Shown here: in pieces, positions 41,427 through 49,658 of the stretch | How the letters are laid out: each line of letters starts with the position of its first letter | How positions within the stretch are numbered: the first letter of the stretch is position 1 | NCBI GenBank assembly: GCA_050698015.1 | Contig: JBOHAU010000019.1 | Location: forward strand, 12,012 to 76,011 | Reading direction: 5' to 3' | DNA: 64,000 nucleotides | DNA from: Gaiellaceae bacterium | GTDB lineage: Bacteria > Actinomycetota > Thermoleophilia > Gaiellales > Gaiellaceae | Notes under the pieces: model-generated | Told to the model about the DNA's origin: nothing | The model's database searches: none | The model's input: only the letters and a program-made list of their open reading frames with translations | Position numbers and translations under genes: made by a program

Positions 41427-43031
41427 GTGCGGCTCGATCGTCGGTATCGGATCCTGGCCGCCGTCGTGCTCGGAGCCGCGCTGCTCGCCGTCGCGGCTGC
41501 GATCGTGCTCTCACGTAGCGTCTCGCGCGAGGAGCACGCCAGAACGGACGAGAGGCTCGCGGGGGAGCTCGCCGACTCCGTCCGCGTCCTCGAGGAACTT
41601 GGGCGTGACGCCCGGGCGCGGGCCGTTCGGCTGGCCGCGAGCGCCGAGGTGCAGCGGGCGCTTGCCCGGCGCGATGCGGCGTCCCTCGAGCGCATAGCCG
41701 CTCGCGAGCGCGGCGTCTCCTTCGAGGTCGGAGGCGACCGGATCGCGGGCGCCCCGGGCGCCGACTCCGTCGGGATTCCGGCCGCGGTTGTCGCGGGCGA
41801 CACAGAGCTGGGTCGTGTCCTCGTCGACGTTCCGGCGGCCGCGGTCGCCGAGCGCGCCGCTCTGGAGCCCGGCGACAGGCTCGTCGCCGGTCGCGCCGGG
41901 CCGCTCACCGCTTCGCCCACGACGCTCACCGTCGACGGAAGGCGCTACCGCGCCGTTTCGACCCCTGGAGGCTCCATCCGCTTGAGCGCGCTGGCGCCGG
42001 AGGAACCGCTGGTCGCCACGATCCGTGAGCGCCGGCTGCGAGTCCTCCTGGCCGTCTTCGGCTCTCTAGCCGCGGTCGCCCTCCTCGGCGTCGTTGCGGC
42101 GCGGCTGGCTCGCAGACCGCAGCGGCTGCTGCGCACCGGAGACAGGCCCCCGTCCGGGCGCGGAGATCGCCGCTCGCGCGAAGCGGCCGAGCTCGTCGGA
42201 AACGTCCTCGCCGCCGGGCATGACGTCGATGCCCTCCTTCCCGTGATCCTCGAGAGCGCGGTCACGGTCACCGGCGCTTCCAGCGCCGAGCTCGTCGCCG
42301 ACGGGCAAGAGCTCGCGCGCGTGGGGGTGATCGACGGCGGAGGCCCGCCGCTGACCATCGCCCTCGCCGCGGGCTCCACGAACGACAGCCTGCTCGTTCT
42401 CCATCCGCCACGGGGCGCCGACTTCGACGACGAGTCGATCGAGCTGGCCGAGTGGCTGGCGGGGCGCGCGTCGATCGCGCTCCAGAACGCCCATCTCCAC
42501 CGTGTCACACGACAGCTGGCGACGACGGACGAGCTGACGCAGCTCGCGAACCGCCGCCAGTTCGACGAGGCGCTCGCGGCGGAGGTCGTTCGCGCCGAGC
42601 GCTTCCGCGACCCCGTAGCGGTCGTCGCCGCCGACCTCGACAACTTCAAGGAGATCAACGACCGCTTCGGACACGACGTGGGTGACCTCGTCCTGCGCGC
42701 CTTCGCCGCCGCCATCCGCACGAACGTCCGCGATGTCGACCTGCCCGCGAGGTACGGCGGCGAGGAGTTCACCGTGCTGCTCCCCGCGACGGATGCCGAG
42801 GGTGGACGGCAGCTCGCCGAGCGGCTTCGGCGGGCCGTTGAGGAGCTCAGCCTCGACAGCGGCGGCGCCGGCACGGTCCCGGTGCGGTCGAGCTTCGGCG
42901 TCGCGAGCTACCCGGCCGAGCCCTCCGCCGCGGCCCTCATGCGCGCCGCGGATCGTGCGCTGTACCGGGCGAAGGCGGCGGGCAAGAACCGGGTCGTTGT
43001 CGCCGAGCGAGAGGCGGCGAGCGCCCAATGA
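41427..43031 (+). CDS. Membrane-anchored sensor diguanylate cyclase (periplasmic sensor region, GAF-like region, GGDEF domain)
   Basis: 534 aa, GTG start. Two TM segments flank a roughly 190-aa extracytoplasmic region. GGDEF domain: TDELTQLANRR, DLDNFKEINDRFGH, RYGGEEF and ALYRAKAAGKN. Confidence 0.85.
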   Translation: MRLDRRYRILAAVVLGAALLAVAAAIVLSRSVSREEHARTDERLAGELADSVRVLEELGRDARARAVRLAASAEVQRALARRDAASLERIAARERGVSFEVGGDRIAGAPGADSVGIPAAVVAGDTELGRVLVDVPAAAVAERAALEPGDRLVAGRAGPLTASPTTLTVDGRRYRAVSTPGGSIRLSALAPEEPLVATIRERRLRVLLAVFGSLAAVALLGVVAARLARRPQRLLRTGDRPPSGRGDRRSREAAELVGNVLAAGHDVDALLPVILESAVTVTGASSAELVADGQELARVGVIDGGGPPLTIALAAGSTNDSLLVLHPPRGADFDDESIELAEWLAGRASIALQNAHLHRVTRQLATTDELTQLANRRQFDEALAAEVVRAERFRDPVAVVAADLDNFKEINDRFGHDVGDLVLRAFAAAIRTNVRDVDLPARYGGEEFTVLLPATDAEGGRQLAERLRRAVEELSLDSGGAGTVPVRSSFGVASYPAEPSAAALMRAADRALYRAKAAGKNRVVVAEREAASAQ

Positions 43032-43228
43032 CGTCCGGCGACCCCGGTAGCGTCACCCGCTGTCACTTCTGCGGGAGGGAGTTCGACGTGCGCCGATTCC
43101 AGGTTCGTGTGATCGGTAGCCGAGGCGTCTACGACAGCACGGATTGCGCCCTTCTCGACGGCGCGGTCGCATTTCCTCGGATCAAGCGGGTGCGCGCAGG
43201 CGCTGAGCAGCGCGGCCCGGTGAAGTGA
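43028..43228 (+). CDS. Small 66-aa protein with CxxC motif, coupled to the diguanylate cyclase
   Basis: ATG at 43028 (ATGA overlap with the cyclase stop). Sequence: MTSGDPGSVTRCHFCGREFDVRRFQVRVIGSRGVYDSTDCALLDG. The stop overlaps the next start (GTGA at 43225-43228). Confidence 0.5.
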   Translation: MTSGDPGSVTRCHFCGREFDVRRFQVRVIGSRGVYDSTDCALLDGAVAFPRIKRVRAGAEQRGPVK

Positions 43229-44085
43229 CGATGATCGGCCGCCTGCTCATAGTCCTGGCCGTCGCCGCGAACGTGGCCATTGCGGTGGGCTCGGTCGGCG
43301 GCTCGGCCTGGCTGTGGGCGAGGGCCAGCGAGCCGGTCGTCCGCTCGGAACCAGTTCCCGCGCTGCCGGCGATCGTCGAGGAGACGAGCGTGCCTTTCGT
43401 GGCCGGGAAGGCTGCGGCTACCCCGAGACAGACGAGGCGGCGGGTGGGGGGGTCGGGTCGTAGCGGCCCCGCACGCAAGGCCGCCGCAGCACGACGCCGT
43501 GCCGTTGCGCGGCAGAAGACCGCGCCGCAGAGCGCACCCGCCGCCGTCGCCGTCCAACCTCAGCCGGCCGTGAGTCCCGAGCCCGCCGCCGCGCCGAAGC
43601 CGACCAAGCCCGGCAAGGCGCGGAAGGAGCAGCCCAGGAGGCAAGGGCCCAAGCCGGTACGCCCGAAACCTGAGAAGCCGAAGCCGGAAAAGCCGGAGAA
43701 GCCGAAGAAGCCCAAGCCCGTCACGCCGCAACCGCCTCAGCCGCCGCCGGCTCCACCCTCGCCCGCTCCCGCGCCGCCGCCGGCCCCGACTCCGCCACCG
43801 CCCCCCGTCAAGCCCCCTCCCCCACCAGCTCCGCCTCCGCCCCCACCAACGCCGCCCGCGGCACCGCCGTCCGTCGTCGACGAGGACGCCCGCGAGAGCG
43901 ACAGGAAGCGTAAGAAGCCGAAGAAGCCCAAGAAGCCGAAGAAAGACAAGAAGGCGAAGCCCGAGAAGTGGAAAGAAGAACCCGTTCCGGTGGACGAGGG
44001 CGACACCGAGGACGCCCGAGGCGACGACGAAGAGCATGACGACCGCGGCAAGCACCGCGGTCACGGAAAGCGCGGCCGCGGCTAG
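43225..44085 (+). CDS. N-terminally membrane-anchored Pro/Lys-rich low-complexity protein
   Basis: 286 aa. TM anchor IGRLLIVLAVAANVAIAVGSV, then Ala/Pro/Lys-rich stretches (PKPEKPKPEKPEKPKKPKP), a poly-Pro block (PPQPPPAPPSPAPAPPPAPTPPPPPVKPPPPPAPPPPPP), (KKP)n, and an acidic/His tail. Confidence 0.7.
   Translation: MTMIGRLLIVLAVAANVAIAVGSVGGSAWLWARASEPVVRSEPVPALPAIVEETSVPFVAGKAAATPRQTRRRVGGSGRSGPARKAAAARRRAVARQKTAPQSAPAAVAVQPQPAVSPEPAAAPKPTKPGKARKEQPRRQGPKPVRPKPEKPKPEKPEKPKKPKPVTPQPPQPPPAPPSPAPAPPPAPTPPPPPVKPPPPPAPPPPPPTPPAAPPSVVDEDARESDRKRKKPKKPKKPKKDKKAKPEKWKEEPVPVDEGDTEDARGDDEEHDDRGKHRGHGKRGRG
43663..43957 (+). repeat. In-frame coding low-complexity / short tandem repeats (GAGAAGCCG/AAGAAGCCG 9-mers, CCG/CCC runs)
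   Basis: Direct reading shows ...cctgagaagccgaagccggaaaagccggagaagccgaagaagcccaagccc..., then CCN runs, then aagaagccgaagaagcccaagaagccgaagaaa. Confidence 0.8.
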
Positions 44086-47000
44086 CCGCGCACGACTCGG
44101 CTGACGTTCGCCAGATGCTCGCGATCCGTGGCGATCCGGGCCCGGTACGGCGAGCGGGTTCGTGAGGCCTTGCCGACGAGCTGGAACGTCGAGCGACGCG
44201 ACGTCCGGACCCTTGCGATCGTGATCCAGCGGGTTCCGCGTCGCTTCTGGACGACAACGACGCGGCGCGCGTGGCGTGGCCCGACGGCGCCCCGCAGGTA
44301 GAGCTTCCCGCTGCGGCGGACGGCCCTCAGCGTGATCGAATGCTTGACCAGGACGACTACGGTCGGCTCGGGCGCGATGCCGGGGAATCCGGCCTTGTAC
44401 GTCGTTCGCTTGGTCGGCTTGACGGTCAGCCTGAAGGCTCCGCTGGGATCGGTCGTCGCCCCCGGCAGCGGCGCGTAGGCGGTCGTTCCGATCGGCTGCG
44501 CCGCGAGCGCCACGGACTGCGCGGCGACGGGCGAGCCTGCGCGCGTGACGCTCCCAGACAGGGTGACAGAACGTCCGAAGACGATGGTTTTCGGCCGGGC
44601 GGAGAAGCTGAGCGCCGGCGGGGGTGGCGGAGGCGGAGGCGGCGGCAATGCGACGGCGCTGTCATAGACGACCTTGAACGAACCGATCCTGGGCGTTGCC
44701 TGCCCGTTGGCGGACTGAAGTTCGAGGTTGACGAGGAGCGCCTGGTGTGCCGGTGCGCTGACGCCGGTCAGGTCGAGCGTCGTCTCGCCGGCCGCGACGG
44801 AAGCAGTCGCAACCTGCTCGCCGGTCGCCGCGTCGACGAGCCGCGCGGTCGCCGACCCCGATCCGCCGCCGCCGGGTGAGAAGAGGCTCATCGTGGCGGT
44901 GAAGGACCGCCAGGCGGTGACGACTCGCCCCGGCGACGGGCCGATGGACGCGGAAGCTGCGCTGCCGCTGGGCGAGAAGCTGACCGGCGCGTGTGGCAGC
45001 TCGACCTTGTCGAGCAACGGATTCCCGGTCGGCCCGGAAAGCCGAGCCTGCCAGCGAACCGCGTGCACGGTCAGCAGGAAGTTGAGCGTCTCGACGGCGT
45101 TCGCGACCGTGACTGGGAAGTAGTCCGACCAGAGCTCGTTACCCGTCGAGGAGTAGGGCTGGAGGAAGCTCAGCCAGAGCGCGACCGAGTTCCCAGTCGA
45201 GGTGCGGACGATCTGCCGGAAGTCGCGGTTCGTCGTCGACGTGCCGCCGAGCTGATACGTCGCCCAGCCGCTCGGGAGCCCGGGCTGCTCCGTCCCGGGC
45301 GTCGGATAGGGGGTGGAGGCGTGTCCACTGCGCGTCCGACCGGTTCGGTCGACGCCACTCGTCCAGACGTGCAGCGCCGATCCATCGACGAGCATCCCGG
45401 CGGGCTCGACGCCGACCTCGTCGTACGCGTAGGGCGTCAGGCTCGGACCCAGGACGACACCTCGCTTCGTCCAGGTGATCCCGTCGCTCGAGGTCGCGTA
45501 GCCGACGCGCTCGATCGTCTCGCCTTCGAGCTTCTCGACCCCCGTATAGAGCATCCGGTAGTCGCCGGCGCCGACCCTGACGACGACAGGATCCTTGACG
45601 GAGCCGGCGTCGATGTCGCTCGCGGCCCCGACATCGAGAACGGGACTGGCGCTGCGGACATACGGGCCGTTCGCCGTTGCCGCCGTGGCTCGGCCGATCT
45701 TGGCGGCGCCGTTCGAGTCGAGGCCCGTGTAGTACATGACGTACGTCGCTCCGTCCTTGATTACGACGGGATGCGCGACCGCGGTCGCGTCGAAGCCCGT
45801 CCCGTCCCCCGCGAGCAGTTGGCTGCGGCTCGACCACGACGCGTTGTCCGGTTGCTTCGTCGTGCCGTTTTCGGGCGTCGACGCGTACCCGATCGAGCGT
45901 GTGCCGCCGGAGTCGAGGCCGGTGAAGAAGAGATGGAACGTCGGTGCTTCGTGGAGCACGTTGGGATCCCGCTGCCCGCCGTTGTCGAACGCCGCCGCTG
46001 GAATGCCGAGACCGAAGAGCGCTCCGCCGTTCGGCGCCGAGACGGACACCTTTGTCCAGGCGCTTCCGTCGCTCGAGGTCGCCTCGCCGAGGCGCGGCTT
46101 GAAGTCGCTGCCTCGCGTGCCCCAGTAGAAGCCGACGAACTTCGGCGTCGCGCCGCCGGGTGCGGCCACCGACAGACCGGATGCGTGCCTCGCGTCGAAC
46201 GCCGTTCCCAGCGCTCCCACGTCGAAGACCGCATCGCCGGTCTGTGACCCGTTGACCTTGTTGAAGGAGCCCCCGCCGTTCGAGGTCGCGAGACCGATGC
46301 GGGTGTGGAAGTTGCCGTTCGCGTCGATCGTGTTCCCCGAATAGTAGAGCTTGTAGGCCGCCGCGCTCCCCGGGTCCACGAGCACCTCCGGCGAGTTCAG
46401 GTTGGAGTAGTCGAAATTCGAGTTCGAGCCGGAGGGGTTCAGCGCCGGGCTAGGGCCGGTCCAGGAGATCCCGTCGGCCGAGCTCGAATCCATGATCTTC
46501 GTCTGGAAGACGTCACCGGCGACGAGCTTGCGCCCGGTCAGCAGCATCGAGTAGCCACTCGGCGTCTTCCACACGGTCGGGGCAAAGGCCCCGAACTCGA
46601 TGTTCGCGCTGACTCCGGGATCCTCCGGCGCGATCACCTTGCCGCCCTTCGCCCAGGTGACCCCGTCGACCGAAGTGGCGTAGGCGATCCGCTTCTTGTT
46701 CGAGTCGTCCCCCGTGTACCACATCTTCCACGTCGACCCGTCCCTGAGCACCGTCGGGTCAGCGGCGGCAAAGCTGTCGGCCGAGCCCGCTGCCCCGTGC
46801 GTGACGGCGGGCAGCGGTGACTTCATCCAAGTGACGCCGTCGAGCGAGGTCGCGTAGCCGATTGCGCCGAAGACGCCGGCGCGGCCCGAGTACCACATCC
46901 GGTACGGCGTCACCGGGTCGGCGGGGTCGTAGAGGACCTCGGGGCCGTGCACACCGTTCTCGTCGAACGCCGACGGTGTCCCCTGGAGCACGGGAACGCC

Positions 47001-47543
47001 TCCGTTCGCACGCGCCCAGTTCGTCCCGTCCGCCGAGGTCGCCATGAAGATCGCCGGCCCGCGACCGTCGTCGGAGGTGCCGGAGTACCACATGACGTAC
47101 GTGGACCCGACCTTCGCGACGGCGGGATCGTCGACGTTGTCGTTGTCGAGCGCCGCCGAGGCCGTTGGCGAGAGGACGGGGCTGGCCGTGTCGGGCGTGA
47201 GCGGCAGGAGTGTCGTCGGCAGGCCCAGCGTCGCTGCGGAGCCGGTGCCGCTCCGCATGAGCGTGCGAACACCGACCGCGGGATACGTGACGCTCTCGTG
47301 GGTGATCCCGCTGTCGAAGTCGGTGTGGCTGTCCCACTGCGCGGTGGTCGGACTGCCGTTCGTGGTCAGCCGGAGGCCGCCGAGGGCGTCGAGGGTCGTG
47401 TTCCCGAGCGGCTGCTGCAGGCAGGTCAGATCGATGAACGTCTCGTAGAAGACGCTGTCGTCGCGCGAGCAGGCTTGCGCGATCGCTGGAGCGCAGAGGA
47501 AGGCCGTCGCGGAGAGGGCCGCAATAAGGCCGAGGCGGCGCAT
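44082..47543 (-). CDS. Large secreted protein (1153 aa) with about 10-12 GH32/43/130-type beta-propeller blade repeats and C-terminal Ig-like/basic domains
   Basis: Signal peptide MRRLGLIAALSATAFLCAPAIAQA. Recurrent blade motif DPxV...YxMWYSG/YTG...IGYATSxDGxxW (8 or more copies by eye). Also a Pro10 linker and an Arg-rich C-terminal domain. Confidence 0.7.
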   Translation of the reverse strand: MRRLGLIAALSATAFLCAPAIAQACSRDDSVFYETFIDLTCLQQPLGNTTLDALGGLRLTTNGSPTTAQWDSHTDFDSGITHESVTYPAVGVRTLMRSGTGSAATLGLPTTLLPLTPDTASPVLSPTASAALDNDNVDDPAVAKVGSTYVMWYSGTSDDGRGPAIFMATSADGTNWARANGGVPVLQGTPSAFDENGVHGPEVLYDPADPVTPYRMWYSGRAGVFGAIGYATSLDGVTWMKSPLPAVTHGAAGSADSFAAADPTVLRDGSTWKMWYTGDDSNKKRIAYATSVDGVTWAKGGKVIAPEDPGVSANIEFGAFAPTVWKTPSGYSMLLTGRKLVAGDVFQTKIMDSSSADGISWTGPSPALNPSGSNSNFDYSNLNSPEVLVDPGSAAAYKLYYSGNTIDANGNFHTRIGLATSNGGGSFNKVNGSQTGDAVFDVGALGTAFDARHASGLSVAAPGGATPKFVGFYWGTRGSDFKPRLGEATSSDGSAWTKVSVSAPNGGALFGLGIPAAAFDNGGQRDPNVLHEAPTFHLFFTGLDSGGTRSIGYASTPENGTTKQPDNASWSSRSQLLAGDGTGFDATAVAHPVVIKDGATYVMYYTGLDSNGAAKIGRATAATANGPYVRSASPVLDVGAASDIDAGSVKDPVVVRVGAGDYRMLYTGVEKLEGETIERVGYATSSDGITWTKRGVVLGPSLTPYAYDEVGVEPAGMLVDGSALHVWTSGVDRTGRTRSGHASTPYPTPGTEQPGLPSGWATYQLGGTSTTNRDFRQIVRTSTGNSVALWLSFLQPYSSTGNELWSDYFPVTVANAVETLNFLLTVHAVRWQARLSGPTGNPLLDKVELPHAPVSFSPSGSAASASIGPSPGRVVTAWRSFTATMSLFSPGGGGSGSATARLVDAATGEQVATASVAAGETTLDLTGVSAPAHQALLVNLELQSANGQATPRIGSFKVVYDSAVALPPPPPPPPPPALSFSARPKTIVFGRSVTLSGSVTRAGSPVAAQSVALAAQPIGTTAYAPLPGATTDPSGAFRLTVKPTKRTTYKAGFPGIAPEPTVVVLVKHSITLRAVRRSGKLYLRGAVGPRHARRVVVVQKRRGTRWITIARVRTSRRSTFQLVGKASRTRSPYRARIATDREHLANVSRVVRG

Positions 47544-47675
47544 TCTCTTGCGTATCGGCCCAAGAAGCCAAATCTTGATCGCTCATCTGGTGGTTGGATC
47601 CGGGCGTCCGGCCTGCCGTTCGATCTCGGGGAGGGCGACGGGCGCTCTGCCCGCCGCCCTGTGTTCGTCAGTCGC

Positions 47676-48449
47676 TCAGGGCATCGACGAGTGGCTCGCG
47701 AGCCAGCCCAGGATCAGGGCCAGGCTCCGTGGCCCGTACTTCGAGTACTGCAGGATCTGCCAACCGTGTTCACTACCCGGGTAGACGGCCATGCGCTTGT
47801 CCTTGGCACCGACCCGGCGGAACACGTCAAGGGCTTCCTTGTGCGGCGTGCGCCGGTCGCGACGGGTCCCGACATAGAGGAAGGGCGCGCGGATTCGCCG
47901 GACTCCACGTGGGTCGTTGATGCCGACGGCGGGCCAGAGCCACGTGCCGGAGAGACTGATCCGGCCGTCGACACGAAGAGAGGCTGTGTTCTGGACGATT
48001 GCGGCTCCGCCCATCGACGAGCCCATGAGGAAGATTCGTTGGGCGCCGGTACGGCGGGCGTGGGCGACCGCGGCCGCGAGATCGCGGCCGAGACTGCGCC
48101 AGTTCTTCGAGGGCGACTGCGAACGCCCGGAGCCGCGGAAGTCGAATGCGACGACCCGATAGCCGCCGGCAACCAGCTTGGCTGCGACCACGAGCGTCTC
48201 GCAGAGATCGTCGCCCCACCCGTGCGCGAGGACGACGGTTCTCGCTCCGCTGCGCGTGTCGATCGCGTACAGGCGGACGCGGTCGTACGTGTACAGCCAG
48301 AACGCCTCGGCTTGGAGCTCGTTCGTCCAATCGCTTCGCGACCCGCACGCGTCGGCAAGCGTGGGCGGCGGCGCGTCTTCGGCCGTGCTCGCGGCTGCGG
48401 TTGAACCTGCGCCGAGAACCAGTGCGATGATCGTCAGGATGCGAAGCAT
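47676..48449 (-). CDS. Secreted alpha/beta hydrolase
   Basis: 257 aa. Signal peptide MLRILTIIALVLGAGSTAAA. Has VVLAHGWG, FDFRGSG, nucleophile elbow GSSMGG, and a C-terminal His in PGSEHGW. GGAGG lies upstream of the ATG. Confidence 0.8.
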   Translation of the reverse strand: MLRILTIIALVLGAGSTAAASTAEDAPPPTLADACGSRSDWTNELQAEAFWLYTYDRVRLYAIDTRSGARTVVLAHGWGDDLCETLVVAAKLVAGGYRVVAFDFRGSGRSQSPSKNWRSLGRDLAAAVAHARRTGAQRIFLMGSSMGGAAIVQNTASLRVDGRISLSGTWLWPAVGINDPRGVRRIRAPFLYVGTRRDRRTPHKEALDVFRRVGAKDKRMAVYPGSEHGWQILQYSKYGPRSLALILGWLASHSSMP

Positions 48450-48463
48450 GAAGCCTCCAAGCG

Positions 48464-48499
48464 TATAGTCTCCATGAGAATAGTGTGAGCGCGACTATA
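48464..48499. promoter_or_regulatory. AT-rich inverted repeat TATAGTC-N22-GACTATA in the hydrolase/PadR divergent region (candidate PadR operator)
   Basis: TATAGTC at 48464-48470 and GACTATA at 48493-48499. The repeat spans the PadR GTG start (48485) and lies 15-50 nt upstream of the hydrolase ATG. The local AT-richness is unusual in this GC-rich window. Confidence 0.35.
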
Positions 48500-49045
48500 T
48501 CGACAACCGAGGGTGCGGTTCTCGGTCTGCTTGCATCCGAGGGCAAGCGCTCCGGATACGAGCTGGCGAAGCTCGCGGAGACCGGCGTTGCCTACCTCTG
48601 GACCCCTTCCAGGAGCCAGATCTACAAGGTTTTGCCGCGGCTGGTCGCAGCGGGATTCGCACGCATGGAGGAGGTGGCACAGAAGGGGCGTCCGGACAAG
48701 GCGCTGTACGAGGTCACGCCGGAAGGGCTTGCTGCGCTGCGATCGTGGTTGGAGGACGTCGAGGACGAGCCGGTCGGGGGTTCCGCAGTCTTCGCCTTGA
48801 AGGTCTTCTTGTGCGACTTCGCCTCGCCCGAGACCGCGCTGGCCCAACTGGCGGCATACAGGCGTTTCCTCGAGTGGCACCTCGACGCCTTCGAGGACAT
48901 CGAGGCCCGTGGCGCCGACAAGCCGCGTGGGTATCCGCAGCACGTGCTGCAGCACGGCTTGGCGCGCGTGCGCGCCACCCTGAACTGGATCGACGAGACG
49001 ACCGCCGCGATCGAGTCGGACGTCGCTCTCACGCAGCGGCTCTGA
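48485..49045 (+). CDS. PadR family transcriptional regulator (with C-terminal dimerisation domain)
   Basis: 186 aa. Has GAVLGLLASEGKRSGYELAKL, SQIYKVLPRLVAAGF and ALYEVTPEGLAAL, the winged-helix PadR pattern. Confidence 0.85.
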   Translation: MSATISTTEGAVLGLLASEGKRSGYELAKLAETGVAYLWTPSRSQIYKVLPRLVAAGFARMEEVAQKGRPDKALYEVTPEGLAALRSWLEDVEDEPVGGSAVFALKVFLCDFASPETALAQLAAYRRFLEWHLDAFEDIEARGADKPRGYPQHVLQHGLARVRATLNWIDETTAAIESDVALTQRL

Positions 49046-49064
49046 TCCGCGTTTCACTACTCAG

Positions 49065-49655
49065 GTGCCGCGTCAGAACAGGGTCACGCCGCTGGGCCAA
49101 CTGATCGCCGTCCCCGAACGCGGTCTGGTGTACGGCAACCGCGGCTGTCTCCACGACGATGAAGGCCGGATCCGCCGGCGCTGGGCGACGAAGCGCTGGA
49201 TCGCCTGCCGGCTCGAGTTCCGCGGCTGGCATCGCGGGCCGCTGATGCAGCCGGGGAAGTACACGGAGCTCTTCTTCCTCGACGAGGCGACGGCGTTCGC
49301 CGCCGGCCATCGCCCGTGCGCCTTGTGCCGGCGCGAGGACTATCGGCGGTTCGCCGCGATCTGGTCGGAGCTCCATCCTGGCCCGACCGGCGCGGACGCG
49401 ATCGACGCCCGCCTGCACGAGGAGCGGCTAGCCGGCCCCTGGCGCGGCGAACCTCTTGACGGAGCGTTTGTCTTGGAGGCCGGCGAGCCGTGGCTCGTGC
49501 GCCGCGGCGAGCTGCTGGGCTGGACGCCCGCCGGCTACGTCGAGCGGAAACCGCTCCGGGGCCCCGTGCCGGTGATCACGACGCCCTCGCTCGTCGAGAT
49601 TCTCCGGCGCGGCTGGGAGGGCGCCGTCCCGCTGCTGCATCCAACCGCGATCTAG
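49065..49655 (+). CDS. Conserved-looking hypothetical protein (196 aa) with four Cys including CxxC
   Basis: GTG start, balanced composition. Has YGNRGCLHD, WIACRLEF and YTELFFLDEATAFAAGHRPCALCRREDY. No family name recognised. Confidence 0.6.
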   Translation: MPRQNRVTPLGQLIAVPERGLVYGNRGCLHDDEGRIRRRWATKRWIACRLEFRGWHRGPLMQPGKYTELFFLDEATAFAAGHRPCALCRREDYRRFAAIWSELHPGPTGADAIDARLHEERLAGPWRGEPLDGAFVLEAGEPWLVRRGELLGWTPAGYVERKPLRGPVPVITTPSLVEILRRGWEGAVPLLHPTAI

Positions 49656-49658
49656 CGC

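Noticed and set aside
43663-43957. Short tandem repeats considered as a possible CRISPR or non-coding satellite
   Set aside because: The units are 6-9 nt, in-frame, with no spacer structure. They translate to KP/EKP/PPP/KKP low-complexity protein inside a supported ORF.
43129-44064. 311-aa Gly/Arg/Leu-rich minus-strand ORF opposite the Pro/Lys-rich gene
   Set aside because: It is the mirror image of CCN/AAG repeats (which give GGN/CTT codons). The plus-strand frame has a TM anchor and is chained to the upstream genes by a GTGA overlap.
43225-44085. TonB identity for the Pro/Lys-rich anchored protein
   Set aside because: It has the TM anchor and a Pro-rich rod but no recognisable C-terminal TonB domain. 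No ExbB/ExbD genes are nearby, and a diderm envelope is not established.
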